Assembly: GCA_035698465.1 (NCBI GenBank)
Contig: DASSBT010000031.1
Location: 1-51,104 of the forward strand
Length of the DNA: 51,104 nucleotides
Reading direction: 5' to 3'
DNA from: Agromyces sp.
Lineage (GTDB): Bacteria; Actinomycetota; Actinomycetes; Actinomycetales; Microbacteriaceae
The translations under genes were made by a program, and so were the position numbers. This document shows positions 29,023 to 36,843 of the stretch, piece by piece (positions within the stretch are counted from its first letter, which is position 1; each line of letters starts with the position of its first letter). The notes beneath the pieces are model-generated. The model did not search any database. It was given only the letters and a program-made list of their open reading frames with translations, and was not told the origin of the DNA.

Positions 29023-29556
29023 ATGGCCGATGAGAGCTACGTTGCGGTAGCAGCCCAGTACGCCGACGAGGATGCGGCGGTGGCCGACTTCGATCGGATT
29101 CGTGCGCACTTCACGGAGCACGACGGGCACGACCACGGATCGTTCGACGCCGCAGTGATCAATCGCGCCGCCGATGGGGAGCTCTCGATCGTGAGGCGCG
29201 ACGACGGCGGGAAGCGTCATGGCACGAGGAAGGGGCTCGCGATCGGCCTCGCGAGCGGGCTCGCCGTGGCGCTGTTCCCCGCGGTCGCCGTCGGCGGTGC
29301 CCTTCTGGTCGCCGGGGGTTCGGGAGCGGGCATCGGCGCCATCGCTGGGCACATCGCTCGGAAGACCCCCTCGAAGAACCTCGAAGCGATCAGCGAGGCC
29401 CTGGATGCGGGAAGCGCCGGGATCGTGCTCGTCGTCGACCCCGCCGACGCCGACGAGGTGGAGCAACTGCTGGCGAATGCCACGAAGGTCACCAGGAAGG
29501 ACCTCGCCCTGGACAAGGAGGAACTCGATCAGGACGTGGACGAAGCCTACGAGTGA
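29023..29556 (+). CDS. DUF1269-like membrane protein
   Basis: DAAVI, glycine-rich hydrophobic hairpin (GLAIGLASG...GAGIGAIAG), L.AGSAGIVLV. Confidence 0.72.
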   Translation: MADESYVAVAAQYADEDAAVADFDRIRAHFTEHDGHDHGSFDAAVINRAADGELSIVRRDDGGKRHGTRKGLAIGLASGLAVALFPAVAVGGALLVAGGSGAGIGAIAGHIARKTPSKNLEAISEALDAGSAGIVLVVDPADADEVEQLLANATKVTRKDLALDKEELDQDVDEAYE

Positions 29557-29616
29557 TCTCATACCCGGTGCCTGGCCTGGCGTCGGTCGGAGCAGGTCGA
29601 CGGAGTCGAGGTCCGC

Positions 29617-30768
29617 GTGAGGACGTTCGGGATCGAAGAGGAGTTCCAGTTCCTCCATCCCGCCACCCTGCGTCCGATGAATGTCGGCGCTCGCGTATTC
29701 GACCGACTCTCGACCGACTCCGAGTGGCGCGGGGTGACGCATCGTGAGTTCCTGGCATCGCAGGTCGAACATTCCTCGTCCGTCTTCGATCGGCTGGATG
29801 ACGCGCGCGCAGCACTGACGGGCTTCCGGCGGCTGGTCGCCGATGAGGCTGTGGCGGTCGGTGCAATCGGGGCGAGCACCGGAACACCACCCGACACGGA
29901 GCCGTTTCCCACGATCACCGACGTCGAACGCTATCACCGCATCGTGCACGACATGGAGGGCGTCATCGCCGACCACCAGTTGAGCGGCCTCCATGTGCAC
30001 GTGGGCGTTCCAAGCCGCGAGCACGGCGTGATCGCGTTGAACGCCGCGCGCCCCTGGTTGCCGCTCCTCACCGCGCTTTCATCGAACTCGCCGTTCTGGC
30101 GCGGTCACGACACCGGGTACGACAGCTGGCGCACTGTCCTGCTACGCCGGTGGACGACCTCGGGCCCCCCGCCCTCGTTCGTGGATGCCGCCGATTACGG
30201 CCGGCGCGTCGAGCGGCTCCTCGGCATCGGCGGCACGGTCGACCTGGGCGTGATCATGTGGGACATCAGGCTCTCCGAGCACATGCCCACGATCGAATTC
30301 CGGATGGCGGACGCACAGCTCCATGCGGAAACCACGCTGCTGATCACCGCCCTGTGTCGGGCCTTCGTCACGCACGCGCTCGAAGCGCCATCGGCACGGG
30401 ACACGGCGGCGGCAGCCTCGGCTGCTGTTCCGACCGAACTGCTCAGCGCGGCAAGCCTGCATGCAGCCCACTCCGGCATGCTCGGCCGGGTGCTCGACCC
30501 GACCACGGGGACGCTCGTCCCGGCCGGGAAGTGCCTCACCCGATTCCTGCGGATGCTCGAGGGCGAGCTCTCCCAGGCAGGAGACTTCGACGCGGCGACC
30601 GAGACCGTCGGCCGGCTGCTGACCGACGGAATCGGCGCGACTCGGCAACGCGCCGCCTTCGACCGCGGCGGCCTGCCGCAGCTGGGCCGGCTGCTCGCCA
30701 CGTCGATCACCGCCGATCTCGCACACGCTCACGAGCCCGCCGAGCCGACGGACTTCGCCGTAGGCTGA
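29617..30768 (+). CDS. YbdK/GCS2 family carboxylate-amine (glutamate-cysteine-like) ligase
   Basis: FGIEEEF, GLHVHVG, ALSSNSPFW.G.DTGY.SWR, WDIR...PTIEFRMAD. Confidence 0.9.
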   Translation: MRTFGIEEEFQFLHPATLRPMNVGARVFDRLSTDSEWRGVTHREFLASQVEHSSSVFDRLDDARAALTGFRRLVADEAVAVGAIGASTGTPPDTEPFPTITDVERYHRIVHDMEGVIADHQLSGLHVHVGVPSREHGVIALNAARPWLPLLTALSSNSPFWRGHDTGYDSWRTVLLRRWTTSGPPPSFVDAADYGRRVERLLGIGGTVDLGVIMWDIRLSEHMPTIEFRMADAQLHAETTLLITALCRAFVTHALEAPSARDTAAAASAAVPTELLSAASLHAAHSGMLGRVLDPTTGTLVPAGKCLTRFLRMLEGELSQAGDFDAATETVGRLLTDGIGATRQRAAFDRGGLPQLGRLLATSITADLAHAHEPAEPTDFAVG

Positions 30769-30772
30769 GCCC

Positions 30773-32017
30773 ATGGCGGAACGCCGACCGACCACGCCCG
30801 ACATGCGCGACCCGGTGGGTCATGCCCTGCAGTCGGTGCTCGACGCGGCGAGAAGCATGGACGGCGGAGAACTCGCGTCGTACATCCCCGAGCTCGCGCG
30901 CGCCGACCCAGCGGCGCTCGGGATCGCCCTCGTCAGCAGCAGCGGCGCCGTGTACGGAGCCGGTGACACCGACGCGGAGTTCACGATCCAGTCGGTGTCG
31001 AAGCCGTTCGTGTTCGCGCTGGCACTCGAGCAGCGGGGACTCACCGCCGTCATGCGCCACGTCGGGCCCGAGCCGAGCGGCGAGCCCTTCAACGCGATCA
31101 GCCTGGAAGAGTCATCCGGTCGCCCGCTGAACCCGATGATCAACGCGGGCGCGATCGTGACGACATCGCTCATGCCGGGCGACACCGCCACCGAGAAGTT
31201 CGCGAGCATCCACGCGGGCCTGAATGCCTTCGCCGCTCGAGACCTCGACCTCGACGATGCGGTCTTCGAGTCCGAAATGGCGACGGGCGACCGCAATCGC
31301 GCGCTCGCCTACCTGACGCTCTCGGCCGGAACCCTCGGCTCGGGGGTCGACGCGGCCACCGGTGCCTACTTCCGGCAGTGTTCCCTCACGGTGACTGCGC
31401 GCGACCTCGCGGTCATGGCGGTGACACTGGCGAACGGCGGGCGCAACCCGCTGAGCGGCGACCAGGTGGTCGGCGAGGATGTCGCGCGCTGGACCACCGC
31501 GATCATGGCCAGCTGCGGCATGTACGACGCCTCCGGCGACTGGCTCCTTCGTGTCGGCCTGCCCGCGAAGAGCGGGGTCGGGGGCGGCATCGTCGCACTG
31601 CAACCCCACCAGTTCGGCATCGGCACGTTCAGTCCCCGGCTCGATGCGCGGGGCAACAGCGTCCGTGGCATCGCCATGCTGGAGGCGCTCTCGTCAGGCT
31701 ACGGATTGCACGTGCTCGCACACCATGGCGCCCCGTTGTCGCCCATCGCCGAGCTCGCCCGCGATGAGATCGACGGCGACACCGTTGCGCTCCTACGCGG
31801 AGAGATCCTGTTCGCCGGGGCAGAGGAAGTCCTCACGAGACTGGCTCCGTTCGTCAGCGATCGCGGCCGCCTCGTGCTCGATTTCACGAATGTGACGCGC
31901 GTCGGCTTCGGCGCCCGCAGGGTGTTCCGCACGCTTCAGGATGCGGCGGCCGATGGGGCGGGCGCTCGATCGAACATCGCCATCCGCGATCCTCACGGCG
32001 TGCTGGACGATGACTAG
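30773..32017 (+). CDS. glsA: Glutaminase with C-terminal STAS-like extension
   Basis: YIPELA, FTIQSVSKPF (SxxK), EPSGEPFN, NPMINAGA, CGMYD, PAKSGVGGG. Confidence 0.92.
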   Translation: MAERRPTTPDMRDPVGHALQSVLDAARSMDGGELASYIPELARADPAALGIALVSSSGAVYGAGDTDAEFTIQSVSKPFVFALALEQRGLTAVMRHVGPEPSGEPFNAISLEESSGRPLNPMINAGAIVTTSLMPGDTATEKFASIHAGLNAFAARDLDLDDAVFESEMATGDRNRALAYLTLSAGTLGSGVDAATGAYFRQCSLTVTARDLAVMAVTLANGGRNPLSGDQVVGEDVARWTTAIMASCGMYDASGDWLLRVGLPAKSGVGGGIVALQPHQFGIGTFSPRLDARGNSVRGIAMLEALSSGYGLHVLAHHGAPLSPIAELARDEIDGDTVALLRGEILFAGAEEVLTRLAPFVSDRGRLVLDFTNVTRVGFGARRVFRTLQDAAADGAGARSNIAIRDPHGVLDDD

Positions 32018-32150
32018 CGGCATCCGGGCCATGGATCAGGAAGCGCCGCCGCGGATGAGGAAGCTCGTCTCCGATTCGTCGTAGCCATATGCCGCCCCCG
32101 GTGGAATACTGACCGATGGGGATGGGTGGACACATCCTCCGGGGGTACAC

Positions 32151-34784
32151 ATGGCCGAACACCTCTCATCCGAATATCTGGTTGAACGCCCGAAGCTGAA
32201 GCAGCGCCTGGATGCCGCGTTGTCGGTGCCCCTCACCCTCGTCGTCGCCCAGGCTGGCGCGGGCAAGACCGTGCTGTTGAACCAGTGGGCTGCCGAGCAT
32301 CCCGAGGTGCCCGTCGTGTGGATCGACGTCGAGGCGGCCGACGACGATCCCGTGCGCTTCTCACGTCGCCTCCTGGCCGGCCTGGCCGTCGTGCGTCCCG
32401 AGGTGATGGGCCTCGCACGAATGTCTGCGCTGAATGCCGGAGGCGTCGGGCGGCCGCTGCTGCAGGCCCTGGCGACGGAGCTCGAGTCGTCTCCCGAGTT
32501 CGTCGTGGTGCTCGACGACCTGCATCACCTCTCCAACACCACGCTGCTCGGCGATATCGGCCTACTGGTCGCCGCGCTGCCGGCGAACGTGCACCTCATC
32601 ATCTCGACGCGCGTCGACCCTGCCATCCCATGGAGCAGGCTGCGATTGCGCAATCGGCTCCTCGAGATCCGGCAGTCCGACTTGGCGATGACCGACGAGG
32701 AGGCGGCCGAGCTCCTCGTCAGGGTCAGCCGTCGCGACATCTCCCCCGATGACCTCGCCGTGCTCATCTCCAGAACTGAAGGGTGGGCCGCCGGGCTGCA
32801 GCTGGCCGGCCTCACGCTCAAGTTCCAGCCCGACGCCGACGGCTTCGTCAGCGAGTTCGGCGGCACCGATCGGCTCATCGCCGACTACCTGGCCGAGGAG
32901 GTGCTCGGTGCGATCACCGATCAGGGACGCTCCGCACTGCTCCGGATGTCGCCGCTCGACACGATGACGGCCGAACTCGTCGATCACGTCCTCGAACGAT
33001 CGGACGCGCACACGCTGTTCGAGCAGCTGGAGCACGAGTCGATGTTCTTCATCGCCCTGGATGCGCATCGTGAGCGGTTCCGGTTCCATCAACTCTTCCG
33101 TGATCTGCTGCGATACCGGCTCCGAGCAGAGGCACCCGATGAGGAGGCGCGGCTGCTGGTTCGCGCCGCGGAGTTCCACATCACTCGCGGCGAGCTGGCG
33201 CAGGCGATCGAGTACCTGTTGCGCGCACGGGAGTGGGATCGGGCCGTCGACGCCATCCTGACGCGAGGAAGCGACATCTTCGAGCTCGGCGAGATGAGCA
33301 CGGTGATCCGCTGGATCTCCACCGTGCCCGAGGCGGTTCGCCACGACCGGCTCGATGTATCGCTCGAGCTGGGCCTCCTCGTGGGGATGCGGGGCGAGGC
33401 GGCGCACGCGGTCGACATCCTGACCAGGGTGGCGACCGATCCGCGTGCCAGCATCGGTCAGCGCATGGTCGCCCACTCATGGATCTCGGCGACCACGCAG
33501 TGGAATGCCCACCCCGCCGAGACGATTCGGGCGGCTGAGCGCGCGCTCACGCTGATGGCAGCGAATCCCGGTGCGGCGATTCCCGACATCATGCACCTCA
33601 CCACGCCCGAACTCCTGGAAACCGTGACGGTCGGTTCGGGTGGCCGCTCCCACTTCCTCGCCGGCAACCCGGCCGAAGCCGAGGCCTGGTTCACCCGAGC
33701 GCTCCGCACCGAAGGGATCGCCTATCCACCGTTCCGGGTCGGGGCGCTCGGCTCGCTCGCCCTGCTGCGCGTCTGGTGCGGTCGGGCCCGCGATGCTGAA
33801 CTGCTCGCCGCCGAAGCGCTCGAGACCGCCGCGCCGAGTGGCCTGCTGACGCATCCCATCATCGCCGACGCGTACTTCGCAGAGGCCATGGTGGCGTACG
33901 AGCGTGGCATCCCGGATGCCGCGGCCGCGCCATTGCGCGACGGCACGATTCGCGCAGAGGCGAACCACCGCACTCAGCTCGCGTGGATCTCGCGGTACCT
34001 GCGTGCGCTCCTCGCCAGTGCCGACGGCCGGTTCGACGAGGCCCTCGAACTCGTCGACCTGTCGAAGCACGACGCCACCTCGGCGCCCGCCCCCGTGATC
34101 CTCGAGCGGATGGTGGCGGTGCACATGTCGGTGCTTCGACGCACCGGGCGAAGCGAGGAGTCGCTGCGACTGCGTGGCGGGGCGCCTCCGACATCGACCC
34201 ACGTCGCTTTCGAAACCGTCGCCGCCCTGCTCGCCCTCGGCCGCCGCGAGCCTGCTCGGCTCCTGCTCACCGAGATGCGGGCGCTCTTCGACGCAGAGGA
34301 GCCGCGCGGCGACGTCCAGTGGCTGGTGGCGCTGGCGTGGGTGGCCGAACTCGAGGGCGAGCATCACGTCGCCCTCGAGCAGATCGGCCTGGCACTCGAT
34401 CGGGCCGAGGCCGACGGGCTCGTCGAGGTCTTCATCGGAACGGATCCCCTCGTGCTCGACCTCATCGCAGAGCTCTCGTCGGTGCGGGGCGGTCTCACCG
34501 ACACGATCCTCGTGCGGTGGCGACAGACGCAGCCGGTCGACGTGAACGCCGGGCTTCCCGAGCCGCTCACCGAGCGGGAACTCGAGATCCTGGCGTACCT
34601 CCCCGGGCACTCGACCACAGCGGAACTCGCGAAGCTGTGCTTCGTGTCGGTGAACACGCTGAAGACCCACGTGATGCACATCTACCGCAAGCTCGGCGTC
34701 ACCGGTCGAAGCGAGGCGATCACGCGGGCCCGCGAGCTCGGCCTGCTCGCTCCCGTCACCCCGACGGCACCCGCACGTGCGTGA
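32151..34784 (+). CDS. MalT-like STAND ATPase - LuxR HTH transcriptional regulator
   Basis: Walker A AQAGAGKT, Walker B VVLDDLH, TEGWAAGLQL, FRFHQLF, C-terminal LTERELEIL...NTLKTH..IYRKLGV. Confidence 0.93.
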   Translation: MAEHLSSEYLVERPKLKQRLDAALSVPLTLVVAQAGAGKTVLLNQWAAEHPEVPVVWIDVEAADDDPVRFSRRLLAGLAVVRPEVMGLARMSALNAGGVGRPLLQALATELESSPEFVVVLDDLHHLSNTTLLGDIGLLVAALPANVHLIISTRVDPAIPWSRLRLRNRLLEIRQSDLAMTDEEAAELLVRVSRRDISPDDLAVLISRTEGWAAGLQLAGLTLKFQPDADGFVSEFGGTDRLIADYLAEEVLGAITDQGRSALLRMSPLDTMTAELVDHVLERSDAHTLFEQLEHESMFFIALDAHRERFRFHQLFRDLLRYRLRAEAPDEEARLLVRAAEFHITRGELAQAIEYLLRAREWDRAVDAILTRGSDIFELGEMSTVIRWISTVPEAVRHDRLDVSLELGLLVGMRGEAAHAVDILTRVATDPRASIGQRMVAHSWISATTQWNAHPAETIRAAERALTLMAANPGAAIPDIMHLTTPELLETVTVGSGGRSHFLAGNPAEAEAWFTRALRTEGIAYPPFRVGALGSLALLRVWCGRARDAELLAAEALETAAPSGLLTHPIIADAYFAEAMVAYERGIPDAAAAPLRDGTIRAEANHRTQLAWISRYLRALLASADGRFDEALELVDLSKHDATSAPAPVILERMVAVHMSVLRRTGRSEESLRLRGGAPPTSTHVAFETVAALLALGRREPARLLLTEMRALFDAEEPRGDVQWLVALAWVAELEGEHHVALEQIGLALDRAEADGLVEVFIGTDPLVLDLIAELSSVRGGLTDTILVRWRQTQPVDVNAGLPEPLTERELEILAYLPGHSTTAELAKLCFVSVNTLKTHVMHIYRKLGVTGRSEAITRARELGLLAPVTPTAPARA

Positions 34785-34974
34785 CCGCCTCGATCTCGAC
34801 GTTGAGGCCGCGCAGCAGGTCGAGCACGCCGAGAAGCCGGGCCTGGTCGGGCACCACGCCGCGCAGGCGCGTCGATCCGGTCCCCGATGAGACGACGTCG
34901 AAGCCCTCGAGCTCGTCGATGATCATGGGGCTCAGTTCGCCCCGCACGACGATCTCGAACGTCTCGGCGTTCAT
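34756..34974 (-). CDS. Small conserved hypothetical protein (72 aa, ACT-like pattern)
   Basis: FEIVVRGEL...TRLRGVVPDQARLLGVLDLLRGLNVEI; GGAG RBS; 3' end overlaps the regulator by 29 bp. Confidence 0.72.
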   Translation of the reverse strand: MNAETFEIVVRGELSPMIIDELEGFDVVSSGTGSTRLRGVVPDQARLLGVLDLLRGLNVEIEAVTHVRVPSG

Positions 34975-35054
34975 GCGCTCCTCCGGATCATCGCGACGAC
35001 GGAACGTCGCCGGTGCGTCGCCTCCGAGGTTCCTCGCTCTGCGTCGCCGTGGCA

Positions 35055-35094
35055 TCACCCGAACCGGATGATTCGGATCATCCTGTTCGGGTGA
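35055..35094. promoter_or_regulatory. Back-to-back TCAYCC-N5-GGRTGA boxes 3 and 4 between divergent genes
   Basis: TCACCC-GAACC-GGATGA (35055-35071) and TCATCC-TGTTC-GGGTGA (35078-35094); each is 80 nt from a start codon. Confidence 0.72.
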
Positions 35095-35174
35095 TGCGGC
35101 CAGAGTGTGCTGCGAGAACTGTTGGAACGGCGCGATGCAGCGTCATCGACGGATGAGACCGAGGTGCGAATCAC

Positions 35175-35633
35175 ATGACTGATCGAGACGTGGCGGAACT
35201 GGGACCGGTCGACTTCTTGGTCATCGAGTTCCCGGCGGGCCAGGCGAATTTCACGGGCGAGATCGCCGAGGAATTGGTGAGGCTCGTCGATTCGGGCACG
35301 ATCCGGCTGATCGACGCCATTATCCTGACGAAAGACGCCGACGGCGCCGTCGAGGCCATGGAGCTGGCTGACGCGGGCGACCTCGGCGAGCTGGTCGAAC
35401 TCGAAGCACAACTGGCGGAGCTGCTCGCCGCCGAAGATGTCGAGCAACTCGCGAACGCCATGGAGCCGGGCAGCGTCGCCGGCGTGCTCGTGTACGAGAA
35501 CCTCTGGGCGGCACCCTTCGCGGCCGCCGCCAGACGGGCGGGCGGTCAATTGATCGCGAACGGCCGGATCCCGATCCAAGCGATCATCGCCTCGCTCGAG
35601 GCCGATGAAGCGCTCGAGACGACAGGAGCATGA
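35175..35633 (+). CDS. DUF6325-like protein
   Basis: LGPVDFLVIEFP, GTIRLID, PGS.AGVLVYENLWA, GRIP. Confidence 0.8.
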   Translation: MTDRDVAELGPVDFLVIEFPAGQANFTGEIAEELVRLVDSGTIRLIDAIILTKDADGAVEAMELADAGDLGELVELEAQLAELLAAEDVEQLANAMEPGSVAGVLVYENLWAAPFAAAARRAGGQLIANGRIPIQAIIASLEADEALETTGA

Positions 35634-35634
35634 G

Positions 35635-35796
35635 ATGCCACTCAGAGCAGCACGCATCGGCCGGGTGGGCGTCATCGGCGCCCCGGTCGCCAAGGCCGCC
35701 GTCGTGAGTGCGGCGGTTCGACCGGGCCCTGCCCCGGTCGCGAAGGCCGCGGTGATCGGCGCCGCGGTGACCCCGGGTCGCCGTCGCCGTCTCTAG
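35635..35796 (+). CDS. Small basic 53-aa protein with an internal repeat
   Basis: AGGAG RBS, ATG 1 nt after the upstream stop; APVAKAAV[VI][SG]AAV[RT]PG twice; poly-Arg tail. Confidence 0.6.
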   Translation: MPLRAARIGRVGVIGAPVAKAAVVSAAVRPGPAPVAKAAVIGAAVTPGRRRRL

Positions 35797-35817
35797 GCGT
35801 CTCGGTTTCCGGGAGGA

Positions 35818-36726
35818 GTGAGTCGTCTCATGACTTCGGGTGCGTCGGGCGGGTCTCGACATCCTCGGCGCCTACCGCGGCGGCCGGCCTCGAGCTTGGC
35901 CGAACGATGGACCACCGTCGACGGTCTCGACGTGTTCTACCGGGAGTCGCCCGAGCCGCCGGATGCCCCGGTGATGATGCACCTGCACGGCTTCGGCCTC
36001 TCGGGCCGGTACCTCCTGCCGACCGCCGAGCGGCTGTCAGGCGAGTTCCACACCCTGGTACCCGATCTCCCGGGATTCGGGCGCAGCGGCAAGGCGCCCG
36101 ACCGCCTCGACGTGCCCGATCTCGCACACGCCGCGGCGCGCTTCCTCGATGAGAAGGGTGCCGAGAAGGCCACGCTGGTCGGCAACTCGATGGGGTGCCC
36201 GGTGATCCTCGAGTTCGCGTACCACCACCCGGAACGGCTCGAACGCGCGATCCTCGTGTCGCCGGCCGGCGGCGTGCACAACCAACCGCTGCGTCGCGCG
36301 ATCGGCCAGCTCGCACGCGACGGCGGGCGCGAGCCGGCCCGGATGATGCGGGTGGCGACCCCGGACTACCTGCGGTTCGGGGTGCCGAGCACGTTCCGGA
36401 TGTTCCAGGCGCTGACCCAGTACCCATCGCTCGAGCGACTGCTCGAACTGCGGATCCCGACGCTGGTGGTCATCGGCGATCGGGATCCGCTGTTGCCCGG
36501 CGCCGCCCGGGTGCAGGAGATTGCGGGTCGCACCGACAACCATGTGCTCGTGGTGATGATCGAGGGCGCGGCGCACGCGATCAACTTCAGTCATCCGGGG
36601 GAGCTGGCGCACGTCATCCGCCTGTTCATGGCCGACCAGCCGATCGTCGACGACCCCGGGTCGCCGGGTCACTCGAGCGTGTACGAGATCCATCGCGGCA
36701 CGCATCATCCACCGCCGAACGGCTGA
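35818..36726 (+). CDS. Alpha/beta fold hydrolase
   Basis: HGFG, PDLPGFGRS, GNSMG nucleophile, GDRD, AAHAIN; start could be 35830. Confidence 0.87.
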   Translation: MSRLMTSGASGGSRHPRRLPRRPASSLAERWTTVDGLDVFYRESPEPPDAPVMMHLHGFGLSGRYLLPTAERLSGEFHTLVPDLPGFGRSGKAPDRLDVPDLAHAAARFLDEKGAEKATLVGNSMGCPVILEFAYHHPERLERAILVSPAGGVHNQPLRRAIGQLARDGGREPARMMRVATPDYLRFGVPSTFRMFQALTQYPSLERLLELRIPTLVVIGDRDPLLPGAARVQEIAGRTDNHVLVVMIEGAAHAINFSHPGELAHVIRLFMADQPIVDDPGSPGHSSVYEIHRGTHHPPPNG

Positions 36727-36757
36727 ACGCGCAGCGAGGCATCGAACCGCGACGACA

Positions 36758-36774
36758 TCACCCGAACAGGATGA
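36758..36774. promoter_or_regulatory. TCAYCC-N5-GGRTGA box 5, upstream of the arylsulfatase
   Basis: TCACCC-GAACA-GGATGA; TACCGT follows 22 nt downstream. Confidence 0.68.
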
Positions 36775-36843
36775 TTCGGTCGACGGGCAGCGTCGATACC
36801 GTGAGCCGCGTCGTCACCGACCGAGGACCTTTGGAGGAACGTC

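Noticed and set aside
32132-32148. ACATCC-TCCGG-GGGTAC next to the regulator start as an autoregulatory box
   Set aside because: Three mismatches and it overlaps the RBS region; cannot be told apart from chance
32151-34784. STAND ATPase as an Avs-type anti-phage defence protein
   Set aside because: The architecture is MalT-like with a C-terminal LuxR HTH and no effector (nuclease, TIR or SIR2) domain
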